Origin: Candidatus Omnitrophota bacterium
Lineage (GTDB): Bacteria > Omnitrophota > Omnitrophia > Omnitrophales > Aquincolibacteriaceae
Direction of reading: 5' to 3'
Length of the DNA: 63,962 nucleotides
NCBI GenBank assembly: GCA_903884815.1
Contig: CAISGE010000065.1
Location: 1 to 63,962, forward strand
Below are positions 44,731-56,700 of this stretch, in pieces. The stretch's first letter is position 1; each line of letters begins with the position of its first letter. The notes under the pieces are model-generated. The model was given only the letters and a program-made list of their open reading frames with translations. It was not told the origin of the DNA and made no database searches. Both the position numbers and the translations under genes were made by a program.

Positions 44731-47700
44731 TCTTGGGCTCCTTATCCGCTTTTGTCGCCTCTCGGTCGATCAATTGATTGAGCACAGAAGGCGCGGCCTC
44801 GCCGATGAGCCCTATCTGCGTAACAAGCATGGCAAAAGCTTCCATGGTTATAACCGGATTAATGCTGAGATTCGTGCTGATTATGGTCTGCATCCAACCG
44901 TGCTGCTCGTCATAAGAGAGACGAACCTGAACGCCATCCCGGAGCGTGACGACCCGGTTGTTCTTATAATCCTCTTCCGTGATCCCATGTTCTTTGAGCT
45001 CCTTTGCTCCCTTCTGAGCGTCGAAGGACTTACTAGGCGTCGTCAGGGACTGAATGAGTGTCTGGATCGGCGTCAGGAGAAGTCCGGCAAGCGCCTGTCC
45101 CCATTTTTCTCCGCCAATCGTAATAAGAGATTCACTGTAGAAAGCGGACTGCGCGCCACTGGCGAATCCGCTAAGAAATGCTGCCGCAAAGTCGATGGCC
45201 CCAAAACTAGCACCACCGAACTGAGCGTCATACATACCGCCAAAAGCAGCGCTAAAGCCGCCCTTGAGACCATCGCTCAAGACGGTATCCCACAGTGATT
45301 TTTCAGTCAGGCCGGCATCGTTGGGACTTTTTTTGAGCGCTGCGTCGATCACTTGGGGGATGAGTACATCCGTGAGCAGCCTGCGGCCGATGCCCTGCAT
45401 AATAGCGCCCCAACCGCCCTTTTCCGAAATGTCGCTAAAAGAACCGAATCCCAGATTTTTTTGCGCCGGCGTTGGCTCAAGGTTCGTCGGAGTCTTGCCA
45501 ACGGTTCCAAGTTGTTTGAGAGAACCCGCGATCGCCCCGATCACGGCCCCCACGGCAGCCATGACAATGCCTCCCAGCATTCCCGCAAAGAAACTCTTGC
45601 CTTGCACCACGGCCGCAATGCCGCCGAGGATACCGCCGACGATCGCATTAGGAACGAAAGACTGAACCATCGCCCCAAAGAAGGAGTAGTTGGTAGGAGT
45701 CGAGAGACTGCCCAGCCACTTTCCAAAATCTGTATTGGAGAGAAAGTCATTAAGATTTGCGGTAGCCCAAGTGCTCACGATACTCGTCAGAACACCCACA
45801 CCGAGGGTCGTGAGGGCAGCGCTGAGACTTCCGGTGGAAAGATAGGTCCCAATCGCCCGAACAACAGCTCCCATGATACCGCCGACAATGGTGGCAGCCA
45901 TAGGCATCGAGACCCCCAACACGGTAGATATCGCTGTGGCAAACGCGGACATGGCTGCGCCGTACGTGCCAAACATTGCTGCCATAGCGGGTGTGGCAGC
46001 TCCCCAGGAGATCACAGAAACGATGATGGCGATAATCGCCATGATGATCTGCCCCAATATCCCACCGCTTACTTTTGTTTTTTCGGAGGTGACGTGCTCG
46101 CCGCCTTCAAAAACGCCGTTCTTGAAGCCAACTTTGTCGAGGGTCAGGTTGTTGGCCGCAGCGTAACTCCGCGCGTAATCTTCATTGAAGAAAACAACGC
46201 TCTTGCGCGTATAGGTGCTGGTGGACCCGAATATCCCCGAGCCGGATTTTGTCTTTACCTTGATCTGCCTATCGACCGACAGGAGCTTGTCTCCGTCGTA
46301 GTTGTAGTGACGGGTTTCAACGCTCGTCTGTCTTTTCTGCGTGACCTGGAGACCCCAGATCGTCTCCGTTATGACGCGAGACGGATCAGCCCTGGAAAAA
46401 GTGCGGAGCATCGTCGCATAATTGCTGCGAGTTTCGGGGGCATAGCCGATATAAGTGCGCTGGAGAACGCCTTGAGCGTTAAGCTGGGTGCTGCTTGTGG
46501 CAACAAAGATCAGGACCGTGCCCCCTTCGAGATTGGTCCCGAATTGATCGATCACGAGCGCCGTCTGGTCGCCTCTTGCAAAATTCCCGAGGGCATCCAG
46601 GACACTCATCGTGAAGCCCTTTTTAATATTCGAAGAGTCGAGATACACGGCGACCGCTTTTAACATATAGGCCGCATTCGTGCCAACATCGACTCCGAGG
46701 CGTTCGGCCCGGGACGAGAGCCGGCGGAGCTGGGTGGACAGGTCGGAGTAGATCTTGCTGATCGCAGCAGCATCGGTGGTTCCCGCCAAAGCCGCATCGG
46801 CGTTCTTGACGAGGCTTTCGACCTGCTTACTGATCTTCTTCAACTCCTTCATCCGGACCTGGGCGCTGCGGGCAGCTTCCTGCTGGGCCTTGATCTGGCG
46901 ATCCGAAGCCCAGGCGGAAGTCGTTCCGGCCGACCAACCCGAAGTCGTGGTGCCCGTGACGGACCTATATTTTGAAACGCTCGACATACGGTTATTGGCA
47001 AGAGTCAGGCGTGTCTGATACGACGTATGCGACCCGGCAGCCGTGTCCGTCCAGCCGACAATATCGTCTGTTCCATTGTAGACATAGTCCGTGGCGTAAT
47101 AGGTGGTATAGGTCGCGCCGTTGGAGGAGGGCTCGCGTTTGGTGGAGCTCATCACCCGGCCGTAAGAATCGGTAACATAATTGAATTCAGTGTGAGCAGC
47201 CCCTATTCGTGCCTCATAAGCGGACCAGGAATATTGAAGAACGCGGTTCCCCAGCAGATCGGTATAGATCACCACCGTCGACTGAGTCAGATCGTTTGCG
47301 GAGCTGACCGTGAGATGATTCTGAACCGTGGTGGTGATAGCCCCCCATTCGTTCGTATCGATCAGTGTCGTTGCCCAAACATTCCCCGAACGATCATATT
47401 CCGTGAATCCCGTGCGGTACTCCAAACCTTTCGCCCCCGCAAGATCGGCAACGACCGTATGCAGGGTCGAAAAATCCGTCATGGTGGTGCTTCGCAGAGC
47501 TCCGTAACGGTCATATTTGTAGACCGTGGTCTGCACATGCGATTGATCAAGACCGTAGTGGAATGTCTCGAAACGCTTCCCGTCGGCAAAGAAGGTCCGA
47601 CTCAGGATCTGTCCGTTGCGGTGGACATCCGTGATCGAAACAAGAACGCCATGCGGGTCAAAAGCGTAAGTGCTCCGAATCCCAGAGGGTTGCTGAACTG

Positions 47701-50700
47701 TAGCGACCTGCCGGGCACTTCCCGATGCGGAATAATCGTAATAAGCCCGATTAGTCACCACCCAGACCGCAGCGCCGTAAGTGACCGGAGGAGTTTGCGC
47801 CAGATGCGCAGGGTCTACCGTTTCTGTGAAATTCAGTGATTGAGTCTCAACATAAAGAATCCGGTCGCTCAGAAGCCCCGTTCCGTACACATAGGTCTCG
47901 ATGGTCGCAAGCCGGTTGTACTCATCCTGGCGCTCGATCCGTGAGATCGACACCCCATCCGCTTTGTAGAAGGTCGAAGAATCGAGCTGTTTGCCTTCCG
48001 ACTGCGAGAAAGAATAACGGTCCGTACGGTCCAGTATCCCGTCGGTGCCGTAATGGAGCTCGCTTACCGTGGCCCCCAACATCGCTGTTTCGAACTTATC
48101 GCTATGCAAGTCTTTCCCGACATCAAGGCTCTGGACCGCGAGGACTCCGTACTTACCGCTTGGGGGTGTATCCGTCTGAAGATCGATCCACGGCAGTGAT
48201 ACCCGTCCGGCGCGGGCCAGTTCAATGCCCGTGTTAAAGTAAACAGCACTGGTGATATAGCCATTCGCGCGACTGACCTGATGCGTAATGATGGGCGGTT
48301 GCACTCCGTCCTCGTAATAGTAGCTCTGAGTCCGTGTCACTTCGCTTTGGATGTCGTAGGGACTTGTAGATCCCGGCGTCTGGACATAATCGATCCGTTC
48401 GGTGTAATCGACATTGCCGTCGGGACGGTAGAAGGTTTGCTGGGAGAGGTACTCCTGGGATCCCGTGTATGTGGGCCCCACCGATTCCGGCGTTGCGCCC
48501 CATAATCTCACGCTATTGATCCCTAACCAATTCTCAAGGTCATTACCACTACCCCTTACATAATAAGGAGCCTGACCCGCCCATGAGAGGGTGACTTGAT
48601 GCGTGCCCGATAAAGCTTTTGAAAAAGAAAGGGTCGCTTCATCCGTGGCTGTGGCGGAAGTTGAAATATCTCCCACTTTGACGCCATCGACAAGAACGGA
48701 AATCCCGAAGGGAGCCCACCAGACAGGCTTGTCATGATAATTTGAAGTACTGATCTGAAGAGCCCAATCCGAGGCTTGGGCGCCAAAATCCATGGTATAG
48801 CTGACCGCACCGCCCCAACTGGACCAAATGCTTGTCCCATTCGCTGTCCATGGTCCCCCTGATGTCGTACTCACCGAAGAGCCCATGACGGTCCCCCGCA
48901 ATCCAACTGGCGGAGCGCCGGGAGTAGTTGCCGTTACGGTTGAAGTCGGGGTCGCAAATGTCGTGCTATAAAGGTCGCTTCGCTTGAGGGCCTGGGTCCT
49001 GCTGTCATAGACCTGAAAGGTCCGGCCATAGGCCGCGACCATAAGCCCGTTATTGATCAGGGAACTGTTGATGAGATCCTGCGAGAGCAAAAGACCGCTT
49101 TCCGGGCTCGGTGTGACAACGAGCTTGTAATCCTGAACAACCACCGCTTTCGCCCCGTAAACGGCAGGATCGTAATAATCCTGGCCGAGCCGCTGGAGCT
49201 CGGTTTTGCCGTCGGAACCAACGACGTTCATCGCCGCGTATTCCGCGCTTGTGTTAAAAAACGTCGTATGGATGAGCACATCGCGGTCATTCATCGCAAC
49301 AGGCGGCCCGCGGATCGCATTCACGACATCGATCTCGCCGCTCGCCGTGTATTCATCGATCCGGGTAAGCGCCGTCGAAGAGCCGTTCAAGCCCGCACGC
49401 TCGTCGTAGACGTAAACCGAATAGGTATCAGGGACCCTTGTACCCGGAACGGTACCGTCTTTGTAATTCACGATATACGAAATACGATCCCCGCCGTCCC
49501 GGTAATAGGTCACGCGCTCTTTCTGAAAGACAAATCCCTCGGTCGAACCCGTCGCCTGCCATACACTCTTGAAATCCTCCGTTCGCTGCATCGCGCCCGT
49601 TGCCGAATCGTAGTAATTGTAGGACCGCGTCGAAAGCCGCTCCTCAAAAATAGGAGAAGCCTGAAACGCGAGAGGCGAATCGATACGAACCTCTGAGATC
49701 GTCACTTTCCCGTGCGCGTCAGCGAAGGCTCCAAAGCGAATATTTTCCCAGGTATCATCCCCGACCTCGACAGAGTAAACATTCCTAAACGAGCTGGGCT
49801 TGCCTTTTTCGCCAAATGAGATCATGAGCATGCCGTCCTTGACTTTGGCCTGAAGGGTATAGGTCTTGGCCGGATCCATGGCAAATTGATTATCCTTCGG
49901 GATCCACGTCGGCGTAGTCGCAGCTCCTGAATATTGCATAAAACCCACCATCCCCGTGGCGTTGAGTCCATTGTAGATATTGCCGTCGGTGGCCACATCC
50001 CCCTGCCGGAGAACGAACGCCTGGTAATTCTTATCTTGAGGATTAAGTCCGTTATCGAATCCGATCCAGTCGTTTTTTCCTAGCGCGTCCATCGTGAAAT
50101 CGAGAGACATCGAAAGATCATTCACAAGAGACTGAACGTTACCCAAGATCAATTCCGGCACCACCGCGGAACCTTGAACCACGGCCACGCCTCCACCGAA
50201 TGCGACGCCTACGGCTGTCGCAACGCCCGCGGGCGGCGTGTAACCAGTCACATTCTGAATATTACCGGGCCCGGCGAATGGCAACGACGACACTCCGAAA
50301 TATTGCGCGGTTACACTCATGAGCCCCAGCGGAACGTCATAGTCATTTGGTGCGGCCGAAACCCGAATATATTTAACTTGCTGGGCTGAAAAACTAATGC
50401 TAACGGGAACTCCTGGCGCATAAGGGAAATTCGACGGAGTCACGTCCCGGTAATTACCGTCACTTCCCGCAATGGCAATAATGGGCGTCCCCGAATAATC
50501 GCCGCGTAATGTGACCGTCACGGTATCGATCACTTGAGGTGTCGCCAGCGTGCTCTCAACCAAAGTGGCATAATTCGCACCATTATTGATATAGTCATTG
50601 GTTTCAGAACCAAGCTCCACAGGTATCAGCGGAGCCGTAGGAAGAGGGGCCAAGCTGAGAGCTCCATCGAATGTCGAGACTGTGGAACCCGAGGGAACAC

Positions 50701-53700
50701 TGGTCCTCAGCTCCGTGATCGTGATCGTTCCCGAGGTCGTTGTCCCAGAGACGGAGCCCTTGGCGGAAAATGCGCCCCAGCGGAGCTCGCTCCAGCTATC
50801 ATCCTTAACTTCCGCGGTATAAAGGGTATGGAATGTTTCCGGCTTGCCTTTTTCGCCAAAGGAGATCATGAGCCAGCCGTGCACTACCTCGGCCTTCAGG
50901 GTATACGTCTTGTTCTTATCGACAGTAAAAAGATCCCCCACTGCGTTCCAACGCGAGGTCGTGTCGCTGCCGGTATAGTCGTAAAAACCCGCCGTGGTCC
51001 TCGCGGAATAAGTATCTGCGGAATTCCCGTCCAGAGGCAGATCTCCCTGACGGAGAATGAACGCACGGTAATGCTCATCCGAGGGATTAAGCCCGTTATC
51101 AAAACCTATCCAGTCATCCCGTCCACTCGCGCTCATCGTAAAATCAAGTTCTGTCGAAAAACCGTTCTTAAGCGTTTGGATATCCCCAAGGATCAGATCC
51201 GGCTGGGTCGCAGTGCCCTGAACCACGACCGCGCCGCTCCCAAACTGAACACCTTGGGCAACGCTGACATCCGGAGCATAATTTGTCTGTCCCGAAGCGG
51301 GGGCCGGAAAGGGGCCGCTCGAAACGCCCATGAGCTTCGCGGTGACCGACTGAATAAGCACGCGGCTATGACTGGTTCCGACCCTCGCGGCCCAGATTTC
51401 GATGTACTTGACCTCCCTCGCAGCAAAGCTAATGTTCTCGGCGGTGCCGTTTCCCGTAGCGCCTGCCGGAGAAACTTCAGTAAAAACGCCGTCGGTCCCC
51501 GCAACCATAATCTTGTATCCATAACTCAGATTCGGCTGAGGGCCAAACTCGACGCCGACCGTATCCATCATACGAGCGGCATTAAGCGTAATCCGCGCAA
51601 CAGGTACCGGTTCGCCAACCGCATCGAGATAGGTGTATGAATCAGGGTCATAGCCAAGAGCCAAGATATCCCATACAGAGGAGTTCGTTGTAGCGGCACC
51701 CCCGATCATCACACTAGGATTCATCACGCTAGAATCAATGGGCGTCACCGTGGCGTTCGCAGGGGTTAGAAAATTGACGTTGTAAAGAAGGGGCGTTACG
51801 GGCGCAATCCCGGCCAGAGTATCAAAAGTTTGCGTCTGGGAATCCGTCAAAACCGTCGCGGGAGGCAGACTGCGCGTGACATCCGCCGAGGCAAGGATCT
51901 GCATGCCGAACTTCGCAACCTGGTTATTGCTCGTCGCGTTCGTCAAAAGCTGCTGAAACGTGGCGTCTGTCGCAAGCTGCGTCACAAGGGGTTGTTCCTT
52001 GGCGGAGAGTCCCATAGCCTGGCCCACTCCCGCGTAAACGTTCGTCAACTGGATCTTCGCAAGAAGATCATCCGGTTGGGTCCCGACCGCCTGCGCGTCG
52101 ATCGCACCATCGGGATAGTAGTGGAGGAAGGCACAGATACTGTCGTTGGTCGCGAACTGAGTCCCGACGAGATACACCGCCTTCTGGTAGGTTTTGACGG
52201 AACCGTCAGTGTCGTAATAGACCGTGTAATCCTGCCCCTGACCGTTCCCGCGAAAATACTGTCTTTGGATAAGAGCGCCGTTATTGAATTTCGTTTGAGC
52301 ATACGCGGTCTGGGAAGCATCGCTCCACCCCGTCGCAACACCCACGTGGGTGACGTTAAGAAGTCCCGAAAGAGCGCTGTTTTCCGTAACGATGCGCACC
52401 TGATGTTCTCCGGCCAGCGCTGCCAGATCTCCCGAAAGCGTAAACGATTGCGTCGTTTCTTTGCCGGCATCGAGACTGATCGTGCCGATCTGTTTCCAGT
52501 CGCTGGAGTTGGCCGAGCAGGAGATCGTCGCGCAAACCTCAACATTGAAAGTAGCCGCCGCAACTGCGCTGATATTGGACACCGTAATATCAAACTTGCG
52601 CGCATAGAGCGTATTGCCAAAATTAAGATTCAGAGGTTCAAAGGACTGCTGATACGCCGTTGCTTCAATGTCCCCCAAGAGTATCGTGCCGGTACCCAGA
52701 TCACCCACGAATTGGGCTTTGGACCAGCCGGCGTTCGATCCGCGGTAAACATCCCGGTCCCCGATCTTGAGCACCAGCTCACCGGGATGCGACAGATCGA
52801 AGCTGACGTTCTCCGGTTTATCATCAAAGGGATCATAGTAATAGTAATCATATTCCGGATGGCCGGGGGTATTCTCGATTGGCTTACCGTCCACAAGGAT
52901 CTTGTAATAATAGCCGTTGCTATCGTGAAAACGTGAAAGCGCGATATCGTGGTAACCGGCCGCCGAAGAGTCATCCCCATTCCGGATACGCATCGGGACC
53001 CCGAGATTGTAGGTCACCGTAGGCGTCGTCACCGTGACAGTGGCGGGATCCACAATTTTCGGTTCCACGGTTTTTCCGTCAGTTTTCTGGAGGAAATTCG
53101 AGAGCGTGACTGCCGCGCCGCTCGTGAGCTTGGACTGAACAACGATCGCATTCCAATTCAAGCCTGTTATGGTTTTTGTGGCAGTCAGAGGTTTTGTAGT
53201 CCCCTTTTCATAAAGAAAGATCTGCAGCGTATCGGTTGTTCCGGAGACCAAAGAGAACTCCACGGTATAATCTTTTCCGACGGTTGGCGTCAGTCCGGTG
53301 ACAAGGACGTCGCTATTATTGGTGAGTCCCGGAACGTTATATCCCTGGATATAAAATTTTCCATTTTTAAGAGCAATTCCGACGCGATCAACCAAAGAGC
53401 CTCCCGACCCAAATGCGGCATATTGATTCGCCACAGCCATCTGCCAATTCGTACTCGTTGCGGTATAAGAAAAATCCGCGGAATACACGATAGAGCTGCC
53501 TGTGAGGATCGGCGTCGCCTCGGAAACCGTGGAAAAGTTTGAGCCGGCCGCGGACATCGCGATAGTCCGCACCGAATTACCACTTAAAGTAAAATCCAGG
53601 ACGGGCTCATCGACCAGATTGACCCAATCCGAAAAAAGAGATCGAGAAACCGCAGAGCTAGCGCCGGACACCCCAACACCAAAAACATCTTTGTAAACCG

Positions 53701-56700
53701 TGAACGCAGTGCCGGTCTGGGACTCACCGTTCAGCATAACGGCCTGAGAGGAAGAAAAGCTTGCGTGATTAGCCCAAGAGATCTCGACCTTATGTATTCC
53801 CTTAAGCCCCGCAGCCATATTGATCAATTGACCCGGTGAGGTCATGGTGTAGGACTTGAAAGTTGTTAAGGTGGCCCCTGTGCTCGACGTGTCATACACC
53901 TTGATCAAAAGCTGGGCCCCGGCGGGTGCCTCGTACTCAAGCGAGAGCAGTTTTGCGTCCGTCGTTGCTCCAAAATCAACCGAATACGCAACAACACCCG
54001 GATCCGCGCTGCCTCCATAAGCCCGGAGATCATAGGTATTTGTTTCCCACTCGTTCGTTACCCAGTTGTTCGCCGTGTACGCGTCGGCCATGACCACAGT
54101 CACAACACTTCTCTCGGAGGTATCCAACCCAAGCGGCTGCGTGGAACGTTCAGCGATCCAGGATGACAGAGCGCTGCCGGTAAGCGTACCGACGGGGATC
54201 ATGCCGCGCTGCTCATAGCCCGAAAGGTCCCGCATCTCGCTCATACGGAGCTGCCAATGCTGGCCAATGGCTTCTTGAGCGTTCTTGAGATTCCCGGCGT
54301 TATCTTCGTAAAAGTATTCCGAGGCGGTGTCCACCACTTCGACGCCGTTCACCTTGATGACGTTCAATTGCACGAGCTGAAGCTCAAAGCCGCGGCCCCC
54401 GACATAAAGAGCCTTCTGTGTGAGGTATTGATGCCCGGTCTCGCCCCACGTCGCGAGCGCGGTGCTTACCGTCGAGGGTGGCGTGACGCCTGCGACAGGC
54501 GCGCGGTAAAGCTCGGCTTCCTGAAGGAAAAGAGGCGCCGGATAACCGGATAAAACAACCCGCATCCTCTGATTTCCCGACATCGTTGCCGGTAACTGAA
54601 ATACAGGGATCTGGAACCTTTCCCCGGCCTTGACCGTCGCGGCACTGCCCACCGTCTCCCAAATTTCTGTTGTCGTTCCCGGCTGATACCCTTTAAAAAC
54701 CTGGAGACTCACGGGAAAAGTTTCTTCAGTGAGCTGACGCGTGGCCGTGATCCCGGTAAGCCAGGTCCTGGGTGAGGTCGCTGTGGTTGGCGCGTTATTT
54801 TTCACAGAGATACGAATATGTTGGGTGGTTGTCGTCTCAAAATTTATAACTAATTTCCCTTTGTAATCCGCGGCAGAAACAACCGGCGTAGTGAGCGTGA
54901 CCCAAGAACCATCTGATTTCATCACCTCGACCTGGAAATCCTGATGTTGGAGACCGTCTGGAGTATAGATATCAAGCGTGATCTGATTAATCGGTTGCGC
55001 GGAACTAAGGTTCACTATTCCGAGCTGGGTGAAACTTTGCGGAGTTTGGTCTGCTAGATTGAATACATACGTATCCGGATTATTATCACAAAGAGCCTCT
55101 TCTGTAAGGCCCGTAACATTCGTAAGCCCGACACGCGTAAAATTCGCGCCATTTGCCAGTGTTGCGAAATTCACACCGAAAGATCCCGTGTCCTCTAAAA
55201 GAAGCGATAGCACCTGATCCTGCGTGGGGGTTCCAAGATTGATGTTGAACTCTGCACCGCTGGGAACGGTGGGTCCTGCCGTAGCCACCGATTCATAGCC
55301 GACGGGAATGTCCTGCGCCCGGGGCGGGAATCCGTAAGTCGACTTGTCGCGAATGGATCCATCCACGTTGTAGGCCGTCACTGTGAGTGAATCGCCGACA
55401 AAATTAGAAGCCGCCAGCGTCGGCAGTTGAGCATACGTCACATTCGAGAACATCGAGGCGTCGTACTGAATCACGCGGATATCCGCCATTCCACGATTGA
55501 TGACTGCCCCGGAAAGAGCGTCCGAGACACCGACGATACGGGTGTGCGCGGCATCCGCGAAGACGATCGTTCTCGTGACATTACGCCCCAGATCGATCGT
55601 CGTGGTGTAAGAAGCCTCCGAGCCTTTGACCTTCCACAAAGTTGTCGCGTCCGTGCTGTGTATCCAAACTTTGTTTGTGGCGTAGGTAGAACCCGAAAGG
55701 GCGTTCTCGTCCTTCGACGTCAGCGTATGCACATGATTGTCCGCGTCAGTCCAACTGAATTGAGTGTTAAAATCATCGGTGAGCTTCGTGATTACGCCCA
55801 CAGCAGGATTCGCGGCAAGCGCAGCTTGCAAAGCCGCCTTCGCGTCGCCTTCAGGCATTGCATTCACCTGGGCAAGCGTGAGCGTGGAAATGTTCCGGAT
55901 ATAATAGGACGTGGTGGAGGTATTCCCGTCCGAGAGCTTTTCCTGAAGGATAATGCTTTCGATCGAAGTGAAGGTCAGGTCGGCATAGCCTGTGATCTCG
56001 TGCTTCTTTCCCTGCGAGCCGGGGATCACTTTGCTGATGGTGACTCCGTTCTTCGTTGCCTGCTCATGGAATCCCCAGACCAGCCGTTGAGATCCTGTCG
56101 TGCCATCAGGATTGGGAACGAAGCTCGAGTAGAGCGAGTAGATTTTGGCGGCGGATCCGGTCCCTACTGTAAATTGATAGCCCGTTTCAGTGCCGGCCGC
56201 CGTGGCTCGCGTTATCTTGGAGATATCGCCGGTGATATTGCTATTGTTCAGGCCGCGAAGCGAATCTAAAAAGGCCCGCACGTCGGGATCGAGCGTCACC
56301 GTCCCTAAAAACGCGAGAGCGTCGGTCCTTGCCGCACCTGTGAGCACCTGCGTTCCGGGCGCATCCATAAAATAGCTGGCACTGATCATATAGGAGCCGT
56401 CGCCTTTTACCGAAACGTCCAGCTGATCGGAATAGGAAAGAACATTCGCCTGATAATTCGTGAAGGCGTTTTCGACATTGTCGATCGACCAGATCCGGGT
56501 TGCCTGCCGCCCTGCGATCACCGCCGCCGACGCCGACGAAGGATCGTTCAGGTTATTCAAATTCGCGGCCAGGCCTTCGTTCGTGGGTCGCTTCATCGAG
56601 ACACTAAGCGAAAGTTTATCGATCGGATCGTTATACGCGAGCGACGTATACCCGCTGACGTTATACGTAAGCTCCTCCCGGGTCAATTGAAGGCCGAAAT

